From the NCBI GenBank assembly GCA_963826385.1, contig CAWGWV010000032.1, positions 77,220 through 141,219 of the forward strand: a stretch of DNA of 64,000 nucleotides, in the 5' to 3' direction. The stretch is from an uncultured Chitinophagaceae bacterium (GTDB lineage Bacteria; Bacteroidota; Bacteroidia; Chitinophagales; Chitinophagaceae). The position numbers were made by a program, and so were the translations under genes. Below, piece after piece: positions 52,301 to 60,880 of this stretch (within the stretch, counting starts at the first letter, position 1; every line of letters begins with the position of its first letter). The notes beneath the pieces are model-generated. The model ran no database searches. It was not told the DNA's origin and worked only from the letters and a program-made list of their open reading frames with translations.

Positions 52301-52438
52301 AATGGGCTTGTTCAAGGCGTCTTTTACTACTCCGGAAATGGTTAGTTGCTGGTTGGTTTGTGCCTGCGAGCCATATGCCGCACACAAAACGAACATCAGA
52401 ACCAGCAAGCGGTTCCGTAAATGCGTAAAGCTTCTCAT
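49346..52438 (-). CDS. susC: SusC/RagA TonB-dependent transporter without an N-terminal STN domain
   Basis: DVVVVGYG, ILKDASATAVYGAQGANGVILITTK plug, GYNGSENF, GDIKYKDLNGDGKID, terminal Phe. Confidence 0.97.
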   Translation of the reverse strand: MRSFTHLRNRLLVLMFVLCAAYGSQAQTNQQLTISGVVKDALNKPIDGVTVSNQHSGALTITKGNGSYSIPAKQGDSVSFSFVGYNSQSFKITDRIVLDVTLEASSGSLNDVVVVGYGKQKKISLVGAQSSVNVEDLKQPVANLSAVLAGRIAGLVGVQRTGLPGSNAADVWIRGISTFNSSNNASPLIIVDGVQGRDLNAFDPEDIASFTILKDASATAVYGAQGANGVILITTKKGKVGKPKLMFNYNQGIVGFTKTPVLTNAGQYMTLRNEAEVATGLTPEYSQAYIDSTLAGNQPYLYPNVDWMGTIFKNAAMNRRFNFSASGGTDKTKYYTSLAYYDETSLLNTDAVKTYDADARFRRYNFTSNIDMDWTKTTKFSLGIQGYITNTNYPGINPQDAFARVMQTNPVLYPVLYEGNLVPAVNQSGDAQPNPYALITQTGYQNIFASQLYSNAAINQDLGFITKGLSAHTMFSFDTWNQHSIGRTRSRTTYMIDKSNPYNEDGSLNLTVMANGSDALNYSRSNAGSRQFYTETAINYDNSFNKHHVTAMMLYNQVSEIAAFAGDVTSSLPYRKQGLAGRATYSLSDKYFGEFNFGYNGSENFAPDNRYGFFPSIGVGWVLSNEKFFQPLNGVFQFFKLRYSDGLVGSGAGGRRFGYLTIVTDGATGFTFGNGVNNSSYSGVAISDYGVDVRWSKSHKQDLGLEFKTLNSLLSVTVDYFKERRTGVFLQRGSLPSYLGLQNNPWGNLGVIQNTGYDGTVELAPFAIGQTSWTVRGTFSYNKDKVLENDDPAQPYAYMERRGRNYLATYGYVADGLFQSEKEINNSADQSPIGSPRVGDIKYKDLNGDGKIDAYDQTKIGNGDVPNWVYGFGFNVTYKDFYVGAFFQGVGGATRVLGGDGILPFNNSTGAERSNLYAIAEDRWTEDNPLQNPFYPRLAYGNAANKNNSVTSTWWVKDIDFLRLKTVDLGYYIPRQWFRSIGITNARLYVQGINLLYRSKFKLWDPELNTGNGAVYPNTRSVSFGVQANF

Positions 52439-52641
52439 TCGCGATATATTATTTGTGATGAAAAATGGAGATGACAGGAAAGTGCCCCTGCAGAAGCAGT
52501 GATTTGTTTGTACATCTTCGCATGAAATATTGCCCTTTAATTTGTGTGATGCAGAAGCGGCGCACGGTGCTGTGTGATCATTGTTTGTTAGCTTTCTGTG
52601 TTTCAGGCATTAAAAGTAGAGCGGGTAGCAGGTGCAACTTG

Positions 52642-52693
52642 TCAATGGAGATTAAACGAAATGTTAACACAAATTAAATGAACAATTATTTAA
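52642..52693. promoter_or_regulatory. Candidate OmpR-type direct-repeat binding sites in the divergent susC / HK promoter region
   Basis: TCAA at 52642 and TTAA at 52652, 52664, 52674 (about one helical turn apart). Confidence 0.4.
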
Positions 52694-52748
52694 GAATTGC
52701 CGCAAGCGAAAGCGATACTTTTAGTGCTGCCAAAACACCAAGGTTACA

Positions 52749-54215
52749 ATGATGAAGTCTTCTTCTATTGCGCTCTATAAGGTGATCAGTGTGGTAAGCT
52801 GCCTGGTGCTTTCGATGGTTCAGTTTTTTCTGATTTACAATACTTACAAGTTAAAAGATGAGCATTATTTCCTGGCAGAAAGACAAGTCATCAACAACGA
52901 ATATGCGCAAAGCATCCGCAACGACAAGCTGTTTCCCGGCGGAGCGGCCATCATAGACAAATACATCAACCCCAACTACGACTGGCTGGAATATTTGTAC
53001 AAACACCACCCTGATTTATTCGCATCCTACAGCCGGCAGCTATGCAGCCATATCTTTACAGAACTGACAGCCAAAAACAATATGGACAGCCTGTTGCGGG
53101 TGTTTAAAACCAGGTATCATTTTGATGATCAATCTGTTTACGCCATCACTGTCAATGCGCTGGATGTGGCTTTTGAAAGCAATCAATATGTGCCGCTGTA
53201 CGTAGCCAGCCGCCACCAGGCAAACCACGCTACAGATACAGATAGCGGCTATTACATCGGCGGCACCTTGACGCAACTATCACAGCAAAACAGCGTAACC
53301 AACATTACCGTAAGCAGTCCCTTGTCGAGAAGCTACCGGCTAATCTTTCATTTGCATCTCGATACACCCAACCGCTTTGCCAGCATCCTGCGGCAAATGC
53401 TGCCCACCTTGCTGTTGTCGCTGATTTCCATATTGGCGGTGGTGGTGTTGTTTTACATCACTTTCAAAAACTGGATCCGGCAAAAAAAGATTGCCGATAT
53501 GAAGTCAGATTTTGTGAACAGCATTACGCACGAGTTCAATACGCCGTTGTCAGCTATCATTGTAGCCAACAAAAGCCTGCAAAACGAAAAGGTGATCGAC
53601 AACAAGGAGAAAATTGGCCAGCTTACCGAAGTCATCAAACGGCAGTCGGCTAGGCTGCAAACACTGATTGGGCAGGTGCTGAATGTGACGACCATGAACC
53701 ATTTGCAATTGAACAAGCAACCTTCCGAAATTCACCACCTGCTCGACGATCTCTTACTCGACTACCGGTTGAAGCTCACCGATTCCAACATTGTTTTCAC
53801 CCTTGAAACATGTGCAACGGAAGACAATGCGGAGGTAGATTTGTTTTGGTTTACAACACTGCTTACCAATTTGTTCGACAATGCGATCAAGTACAATGTA
53901 AGCGAGCAAAAATGCATCACTGTTGCTACGGCGATCAATGCTGCCGGCGAGTTTGTATTGACGGTTTCAGACAATGGCATTGGCATGGAAAAAGAAGTGC
54001 TGAAGCAAAGCTTTGAAAAGTTTTACCGCGAAGCCGGCGTGTTGAAACACAGCGAAGGTTTGGGGCTGGGATTGTATTATGTAAAATGCAGCGTGATGGC
54101 GCACAAATGGAAAATAGATGTAGAAACAAAACCCGGCAACGGCACCCGCTTTTATATTGTTATTCCACTCAAGAAGAAAAGTAATGAAGTACAGAATTCT
54201 CTTTGCCGAAGATGA
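52749..54215 (+). CDS. Membrane sensor histidine kinase
   Basis: Two TM helices with a periplasmic domain; H-box SITHEFNTPL, NLFDNAIKY, DNGIGM, GLGLGLYYV. Confidence 0.95.
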   Translation: MMKSSSIALYKVISVVSCLVLSMVQFFLIYNTYKLKDEHYFLAERQVINNEYAQSIRNDKLFPGGAAIIDKYINPNYDWLEYLYKHHPDLFASYSRQLCSHIFTELTAKNNMDSLLRVFKTRYHFDDQSVYAITVNALDVAFESNQYVPLYVASRHQANHATDTDSGYYIGGTLTQLSQQNSVTNITVSSPLSRSYRLIFHLHLDTPNRFASILRQMLPTLLLSLISILAVVVLFYITFKNWIRQKKIADMKSDFVNSITHEFNTPLSAIIVANKSLQNEKVIDNKEKIGQLTEVIKRQSARLQTLIGQVLNVTTMNHLQLNKQPSEIHHLLDDLLLDYRLKLTDSNIVFTLETCATEDNAEVDLFWFTTLLTNLFDNAIKYNVSEQKCITVATAINAAGEFVLTVSDNGIGMEKEVLKQSFEKFYREAGVLKHSEGLGLGLYYVKCSVMAHKWKIDVETKPGNGTRFYIVIPLKKKSNEVQNSLCRR

Positions 54216-54877
54216 AAAAGACCTGGGCAACGTAGTGAAGCAATACCTGGAACTGATGGATTTTGAAGTGCATTGGTACACCTCGGGAAAACAGGCGATT
54301 GAAACATTTGCCCGGCAGCCTGCCTGGTACGATATTGCTTTGTTAGACATCTCGATGCCGGATATGGATGGCTTCGAACTATCGGAACGGCTGATAAACA
54401 TCGATCCCAATCTTTCGTTTTTATTTCTTACCGCCCGAACCGAAAAAAAAGACAAACTGCACGGGCTTCGCCTCGGTGCCGACGATTACATTACCAAACC
54501 GTTTGATATTGATGAGCTCATCCTGCGCATCAGAAACATATTGCGCCGCAAACAAAGCAACCTGCCGGCTGCAGCAGTGCCTCCGGTAATTGAGCGCAGC
54601 GATGTGCGGTTCAACAAAGAATCGCTGAAGCTGTATGTGGCGCGGTGAAGAAATCACCCTTACCGTAAGGGAAGCCGAACTGCTCGATTACCTGTTTAAA
54701 AATACCAACCGCATATTAAAACGTGAAGAAATACTGGTGCAGCTTTGGGGAGAAAACGATTACTTCCTGGGCAGAAGCCTCGATGTTTTTATTTCACGCC
54801 TGCGCAAACACCTGACCAAATCGAAGTCCATCAACATCAAAAATGTATATGGCGTAGGCTTTGTATTTTCCTGTTAG
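54184..54877 (+). CDS. OmpR/PhoB-family response regulator (frameshift near 54640)
   Basis: AEDE, LLDISMPDMDG, GADDYITKPF; winged helix LTVREAELL, RSLDVFISRLRK, VYGVGF. Confidence 0.94.
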
Positions 54878-54910
54878 CAATTTCTAAAATCGGTACCGCA
54901 CCTTTCATAC

Positions 54911-54954
54911 AACAAGCGCCGCTCAAAAAACAATGTCTTTGAGCGGCGCTTGTT
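54911..54954. terminator. Bidirectional terminator between the RR and CocE/NonD genes
   Basis: AACAAGCGCCGCTCAAA / TTTGAGCGGCGCTTGTT 17-bp arms. Confidence 0.8.
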
Positions 54955-54994
54955 CTGGTAAAAGGGCGTTGTAATCCGCCATTATTTCTGCTAC

Positions 54995-56878
54995 TTATTT
55001 CAATACCGGCAGCACAATGCTCGAAGGATATTGGGTGCTGTGATAGATTTTAATATCTGCTTTCTGAAAGTCCTGTTCCGACGCGTTGTAGATGTTTACA
55101 AACTTTTGCGGGTTCCTGTCCACCAACGGAAACCAGCTGCTTTGAACCTGAATCATGATGCGGTGCCCTTTCTGAAACGTATGCGCAATGTCGCCCACCT
55201 TGTAGCTTACCTTTTCGATTTTGTTTGGGGTAAATGCTTCCGGTTTTTCGAAGCTGTTGCGGTAGCGGCCGCGCATGACCTCACCATGTACCAGCATTTG
55301 ATAGCCGCCCATCGGGTAAGTTTTCGCCGGGTCATTATCGGCATAAATGTCAATGTCGTTGTACGAAAACCGGTCAGGAAATACATCAATGATTTTTACT
55401 ACAAAATCGGCATCGGTGGTAGTAATGCTGGTAAACAGGTTGGCGACCACATTGCCCGTTACCGTTACATCACTTGTCAGTGTATCTGTTTGAAAAAAGA
55501 GCACATCGGGACGGCGTGCAGCAAAGCGCTGATCGTCGGTCATGTACTCCCGGGTGCGCCCAAAATGCACTTCGTCGGTATAAGGCACGGGCTTGGCAGG
55601 ATCGCTCCGGTATTCGTCAAACCCATTGCCGGCAGGCTTTTCCTTTTCCAACCCACCATTGTCCTGCAGGTAAAACGCAATGTCCTGTTTGCCGGCAGGC
55701 GGCCATTGGTCATATTGTTTCCACTCGTTGCTGCCCGATAAAAAAATGCTGGCTTCGGGTATGCCGCTTACATCGCCTTTGCCCAGCAAAAAATGATCGA
55801 AAAACGGAATTTCAATCTGTTGCTGATACCAGGCGGCGGTGTTGGCGTCCCAATGGGCATTGCCGAGATGGGTGCCATCGTTGCTCGCCCATTGCCCGTG
55901 ATACCACGGGCCCATCACGATTTTATTGAACGCTTTGTTGGGGTTGTTTTTTTCGGCAGCAAGGTAGGCATTCCAGGCGCCCCAGTTGTCTTCCGCGTCG
56001 AAGTTGCCGCCAACCCACAGCATTGCCGGTTCGAGATGCGCCGTTGCCCTGCGTGCATCGCGTGCCTGCCACCATGCATCGTAGTCGGGATGCTGATACA
56101 AATCTTTCCAAAAGGCGATGCTGTCGCCCATTTTTGTGGCGAGGCTTTTCAGCGATCCGGTTCTGAGGTAAAACTGATAATTGTCGTGGGTGTCGTAATC
56201 AAATCCTTTCGGGCCAACGGTTGTTGGCAACGGTCGTGGCTTGCCAAACGACGAATAAAAGGAAAAGCCATCCATGGCAAAGAAAGCGCCGTTGTGATGA
56301 AAATCGTCGCCGATAAACCAGTTGGTTACCGGTGCCTGCGGGCTCACCGCTTTCAGGGCCGGGTGGTTGCTAGCCGCCGCCATGGTAGAGTAAAAACCGG
56401 GATACGAAATGCCAAATACGCCTACGTTGCCGTTGTTGCCGGCGATGTTTTTCACCAGCCAGTCAATGGCATCATATGTATCGCTTGCTTCGTCTGTTTC
56501 CTTGCCTTTTTTGTTTGGATTAAAAGGACGTACATCCACAAATGTGCCTTCGCTCATCCAGCGGCCGCGCACATCCTGTGTGATCATGATGTAGCCTTTT
56601 TTTACATAATCCATCAGGTAGCGTGTCCAGTAAGGGCGCCATTCGTTTTCGCCGTAGGGCGCACAGGAATACGGCGTTCTCGTCATCAGGATCGGATGTT
56701 TTTCGGTGGTGTCTTTGGGCATGTACACCGACGTAAACAGCTTTACGCCATCGCGCATGGGTATGTACACTTCTTTCTTCGTATAGTGTTCCCGCATCCA
56801 CAGGCTGTCTGCATTTTGCGCGCCTGCCGATAAAAAAACAGCACAGCAGAACAACAGTAAGAGTAACTTATTCATCAT
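54995..56878 (-). CDS. CocE/NonD family hydrolase (alpha-amino acid ester hydrolase / S15-like)
   Basis: IPMRDGVKL, RTPY, QDVRGRWMSEG, GISYPG nucleophile elbow, GPWYHG; signal peptide. Confidence 0.94.
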   Translation of the reverse strand: MMNKLLLLLFCCAVFLSAGAQNADSLWMREHYTKKEVYIPMRDGVKLFTSVYMPKDTTEKHPILMTRTPYSCAPYGENEWRPYWTRYLMDYVKKGYIMITQDVRGRWMSEGTFVDVRPFNPNKKGKETDEASDTYDAIDWLVKNIAGNNGNVGVFGISYPGFYSTMAAASNHPALKAVSPQAPVTNWFIGDDFHHNGAFFAMDGFSFYSSFGKPRPLPTTVGPKGFDYDTHDNYQFYLRTGSLKSLATKMGDSIAFWKDLYQHPDYDAWWQARDARRATAHLEPAMLWVGGNFDAEDNWGAWNAYLAAEKNNPNKAFNKIVMGPWYHGQWASNDGTHLGNAHWDANTAAWYQQQIEIPFFDHFLLGKGDVSGIPEASIFLSGSNEWKQYDQWPPAGKQDIAFYLQDNGGLEKEKPAGNGFDEYRSDPAKPVPYTDEVHFGRTREYMTDDQRFAARRPDVLFFQTDTLTSDVTVTGNVVANLFTSITTTDADFVVKIIDVFPDRFSYNDIDIYADNDPAKTYPMGGYQMLVHGEVMRGRYRNSFEKPEAFTPNKIEKVSYKVGDIAHTFQKGHRIMIQVQSSWFPLVDRNPQKFVNIYNASEQDFQKADIKIYHSTQYPSSIVLPVLK

Positions 56879-56951
56879 GTTTTTTGGTTTGATCAATTAA
56901 GAGCGTAAGATAAACAGGAATGTGCATGTTATTGACCGGTCATCAAAACAA

Positions 56952-56987
56952 AAACATCCGGCAGAAGTTGCTTCCAGCCGGATGTTT
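56952..56987 (-). terminator. Terminator after the ELWxxDGT gene
   Basis: AAACATCCGGC...GCCGGATGTTT arms. Confidence 0.7.
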
Positions 56988-57008
56988 GTTGCTTTGAAAA
57001 GTTTGTTG

Positions 57009-59129
57009 TTATTGTTTGATGAATGTGAGCGATTTGGTTTCCTGATCTGTTATCAGCTGGATAAAATAGGTGCCATTGGCGAAACCAGCCACGTTGATGG
57101 TTTGCTGGATGGAAGCTGCCTGTGCCGGCTGGAATGCCTGCTGATATACCTGCTTCCCGGTGGCATCCGTAATGCGTATCGTAGCCTGCCGGCTGCCGGG
57201 CGCAGAGAAGCCAACGGTTAGCTGGTGATGCACGGGATTGGGTGAAATTTTAATGCTAAACTTACCGTTTTGCACTTGTACCACGAGGGTTGATGAGAAG
57301 CTGTATTTGCCATCATTGCCGGTGGAGCGCAACCGGTAGTACAATAAGGAAGCGCCGGTTTGCAAAGCCGTTGCATCGGTCAGTTGATAAGTATGCGATT
57401 CAGATGTATTTCCCAAAGCAGATACGGTTCCTGCATTGCTGAACTGAATGCCATCGGTGCTGCGTTCCACTGTGTACAGCCGGAGATTGCTTTCATTGGC
57501 GGTGGTCCAGTTGAGCACGACAGATGATGGCTGTACCGAAGCGGTAAAATTCAGCAGGCTAACGGGCAGCGTCGTCAGTTGTTTGTTGAATTTATAGAGG
57601 TCGGTCGCACTGCCACCGTTGCTGGCGTCAAAATAAAGCTGGTGATTGTAGATAAACAAATACCTCGGTTCGGAGGAGGCGCTACCGGCGTTTACATTGG
57701 CTACCATAGAGGTGCCGCCCAGGGTGCCGTCGGTTACCCATGGTTCGGTGCCATTGGTGCCATCGTTGCCGGTAAAATAAATGCCCGACGTGGTATAATA
57801 GGCGGTGCTGCCGGCAGATTCGCCATCGCCTGCGCCCGGGTTGATGTCGGCTACCAGGCTGGTGTTGCCGGCTGTACCGTCTGTACTCCACAACTCGGTG
57901 CCATGGGTGCCGTCATTGGCAGTAAAATACAGTTTGCCATTGAAAATGGTGAAAAATTGCTGGAAGCTGTACTGGTTGCTGCTGCCTGTCGTGATGGTGT
58001 TAGACAACGCCCCGAGATCAATGAGAAAAATAGGAACTGAACTTTCCGGTCCGGGATTGATGTCTTTGAACAAAACCGTATTGCCGGCAGTACCGTCGGT
58101 TACCCACAATTCAAATCCATAGGCGGTTGTCGTGGCGCCAAAATACAGTTTGTTATTCAACACAACCGAATTAAGCAGGATCGGCGCAGAAGAAGCACCG
58201 GCTTCCGGGTCAATGTCTTTGAACAGTTTGGTATTGGCTGCCGTTGCATCGGTTCTCCACAGTTCGATGCCCGAGCCGGCAAGATCGAAACCATCGAAAT
58301 ACAAAAAGTTTTTAAACAATACAAACGAAGGAAACATGGAATAGGAGCCAGTCCCGAATTTTTTAAGCACCATGGTGCCGCTTTCGGTGCCGTCGGTTAC
58401 CCACAGTTCAGCACTGCCGGTAAAAATGTTTTTGCCGTTTTTGACGGTAAACACCACTTTGCTGCCAAGGGATGCGCAATAGAGGTTGGCATCCAGCAAA
58501 ATTTCATCACCCAGGTTGTTTTTTACCAGCGAGATGCCCATTGTGGTCAGCTTGTACAAGCCGGTTTTGTTGTTGGTAGCAGCGAAATATACGTTGTCCT
58601 CCTCCTGAAAGAAGGCTGCATCTGCTGCAATGCTGCTGGTGGCTGCACCGTCTATATTGGTAACGATGGTTGCATGGTTGGCAGCACCGTCACTGCTCCA
58701 CAATTCACGTCCGTTTACGCCATCATCGGCGGTAAAGTAAAGTTTGTTGTCGAATACAAAGAGGCTGGCGGGAGTAGAAGAGCCGGTTGTCGCAATGTTT
58801 TGTACGAGGCTGGTACCGGCAGCTGTGCCATCGGTCACCCACAATTCTACATCATTGTCCGCATTCACCCCGGTGAAATACAATTTGTTTTTATACACCA
58901 CGGCAGAAGCCGAATCGTAACGCTTCACCATGCTGGTGATCAATGTGGCGCTAACGCCATCGGTGGTGTACAGTTGACCGGTTTCGTTTTGTAAAATGGG
59001 AACACCGGTGGGCAAAACGAAACCGATGTGGAGGTTGGTGTTGCCTGACACAAGGGTGGTTTGTCCATAAGAAAGTTGCAGGATCAGTGCCAACAGCAAT
59101 GACAGCGAAAGACGTAACTGTGTTTTCAT
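57009..59129 (-). CDS. ELWxxDGT repeat protein with T9SS type A sorting domain
   Basis: About 7 ELW(V/S/R)(T/S)DG repeats; TLPVSLLNF Ig-like domain; ISPNPV...GTYFIQL...FIKQ C-terminal domain. Confidence 0.93.
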   Translation of the reverse strand: MKTQLRLSLSLLLALILQLSYGQTTLVSGNTNLHIGFVLPTGVPILQNETGQLYTTDGVSATLITSMVKRYDSASAVVYKNKLYFTGVNADNDVELWVTDGTAAGTSLVQNIATTGSSTPASLFVFDNKLYFTADDGVNGRELWSSDGAANHATIVTNIDGAATSSIAADAAFFQEEDNVYFAATNNKTGLYKLTTMGISLVKNNLGDEILLDANLYCASLGSKVVFTVKNGKNIFTGSAELWVTDGTESGTMVLKKFGTGSYSMFPSFVLFKNFLYFDGFDLAGSGIELWRTDATAANTKLFKDIDPEAGASSAPILLNSVVLNNKLYFGATTTAYGFELWVTDGTAGNTVLFKDINPGPESSVPIFLIDLGALSNTITTGSSNQYSFQQFFTIFNGKLYFTANDGTHGTELWSTDGTAGNTSLVADINPGAGDGESAGSTAYYTTSGIYFTGNDGTNGTEPWVTDGTLGGTSMVANVNAGSASSEPRYLFIYNHQLYFDASNGGSATDLYKFNKQLTTLPVSLLNFTASVQPSSVVLNWTTANESNLRLYTVERSTDGIQFSNAGTVSALGNTSESHTYQLTDATALQTGASLLYYRLRSTGNDGKYSFSSTLVVQVQNGKFSIKISPNPVHHQLTVGFSAPGSRQATIRITDATGKQVYQQAFQPAQAASIQQTINVAGFANGTYFIQLITDQETKSLTFIKQ

Positions 59130-59274
59130 GGCAATTTTTTTTAAAAGTAAATGTGTTTGATTGGCCTGTACTGGCATGTTTATGCGGTAGGAAAACAGGA
59201 GAAAATAACAGGTGCTGCAATGCATGAATTGTTATGTGCGGATCGCAGCGCCTGTTGCAATATCATTCCGGTAC

Positions 59275-60633
59275 TTAGTTCATTGCCTGTAAGGCAATTG
59301 TCTTTTTGGTGTACAGTTCTTTTTGCGACAGCAATTGTCCTATGTACTGCGTACTGATGTCTAAGGGTTGGTATTGCTGCAATTCATTGCAGAGATTTGC
59401 GGTGTTGGATGCATACCGGTTGTCTTCCAATACCTGCTGCACTGCTTTTCGCAGTTGCTCCACCGATGGGGTCTCTGTATCGAGGTTAACACCCAGTTCA
59501 AAATAACCAACGCGGGCGTTAATCTCGTTTTTTCCTTCGTGCACGCCGGCCACCACCATCGGTACCTTGTGTGAAATGGACAGCAACACGCCGCCATAAC
59601 CGCCATTGGTGATGTACACATTGGCATGCGGCATTACGTCGTTGAAAGGAATGAAATCTTCAATAATCACATTGCTGTGCGGGTATTTTTCTTTGAGTTC
59701 TGCTGTATGCGAACCGCCCGTCGTAACAATGAGCAGTGCATTGGTGTCTTTGAATGCTTCCAAAGCAGGTACCACCAGTTTGGTAATGTCTTTTTCCACC
59801 GTTCCCTGCGTTACCAGGATCACATTTTCGTAACGGGACAATTTTTCGTCGTACCAGATAGTCGCGTTTTGTTTGGCATACGGCAACAATCCGCCTACAA
59901 ATTTCACGTGACCGGGCATATCGCTCCGTTGGTATTCAAACCCGGGAGAGCCAATCTGCAACATCAGTGACGACTTCATGACGTTCAGATCAAACAAGCT
60001 GAGCTTACCACTGTTTATGCCAAAACCTGCCAACATTTTATCCAGCACCCGGTTCGATTTTGCAAACAGTACCTTGGCTGCCAGCCAGCGTAGCAGCCGA
60101 TGTTTTATTTTACCCATCGCAGAAGCAGCCGGCGTTATTCCCAAACCATACGGTGCGAGGTCTTTGGATTGCATCGGCAGTGGTGCAATGCCGATGGAAA
60201 CCACCGGGATATTCATTTTGTCTTTTACAAATGGAATTCCCATAAACGCCATGTCGGCAATCATCAGTTCGAACGGAAAAACTTCACGAATGGATTGGAG
60301 GTCTTCATAATATTCAGGTCCGCGGCTGATAAACACATTCACCATGTCGAAGTTCAGCTTTTTTACTTTTCCCTTTATTTTCTTCCGTTCCGGGAAAACA
60401 TCATCTAAGTGCGTGATGTCTAACTCTTTTGCTTGTTTGAACACATAGTAGGGGATGTCCAGTTTGTCGAGCCGGCGGGCAAAGTAGTGGCTGCTATACC
60501 AGCGCACATCGCAGCCGATGCTGATCAGGTGTTTGGCAAGTCCTGTGAGCGGGTTGAAATGCCCGTCAACGGGGAAACAGGCGAAGAGGATTTTGGTGCC
60601 CGGTGCAGGCAGGGGTGAAAGCGTTGTTTTCAT
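59275..60633 (-). CDS. GT1/MGT-family glycosyltransferase, GtfC-like flavonoid rhamnosyltransferase homolog
   Basis: KILFACFPVDGHFNPLTGLA, DVRWY, FPER, RGPEYY, VTQGTVEK, EDFIPF, YITNGGYGG, AGVHEGKNEINARVGYF. Confidence 0.9.
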   Translation of the reverse strand: MKTTLSPLPAPGTKILFACFPVDGHFNPLTGLAKHLISIGCDVRWYSSHYFARRLDKLDIPYYVFKQAKELDITHLDDVFPERKKIKGKVKKLNFDMVNVFISRGPEYYEDLQSIREVFPFELMIADMAFMGIPFVKDKMNIPVVSIGIAPLPMQSKDLAPYGLGITPAASAMGKIKHRLLRWLAAKVLFAKSNRVLDKMLAGFGINSGKLSLFDLNVMKSSLMLQIGSPGFEYQRSDMPGHVKFVGGLLPYAKQNATIWYDEKLSRYENVILVTQGTVEKDITKLVVPALEAFKDTNALLIVTTGGSHTAELKEKYPHSNVIIEDFIPFNDVMPHANVYITNGGYGGVLLSISHKVPMVVAGVHEGKNEINARVGYFELGVNLDTETPSVEQLRKAVQQVLEDNRYASNTANLCNELQQYQPLDISTQYIGQLLSQKELYTKKTIALQAMN

Positions 60634-60816
60634 GGGAGGTATAAGGTTTTAATTGAGGAGGCAAAATTAAAGCGTCGCGGTTGCCTGCCGGTTGACGATT
60701 GGATGAATTGCGTTTTTTGCAGTATGAAACGCAAAATGAAAAGGATGAATGTTTTTGTGCAAAACAAATCAGTGGGGTAATGGGTTGCCGCCTGTAATGG
60801 TTTCGGGAGGGTTTTT

Positions 60817-60864
60817 TTACAAACAGCAATGCCCTCCGGTTACGAAGGGCATTGCTGTTTGTAA
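60817..60864 (-). terminator. Terminator after the GH-A-like lipoprotein
   Basis: 19-bp arms TTACAAACAGCAATGCCCT / AGGGCATTGCTGTTTGTAA. Confidence 0.75.
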
Positions 60865-60880
60865 TGTTGGATCTGGATTT

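Noticed and set aside
55793-56833. Long antisense ORFs (also 6451..7455, 38646..39536, 4408..5214)
   Set aside because: Shadow frames opposite well-supported genes, with no recognisable protein motifs.
57650-58860. Recurring CCGTCGGTTACCCACA-like DNA repeats
   Set aside because: They are the coding ELWxxDGT protein repeats.
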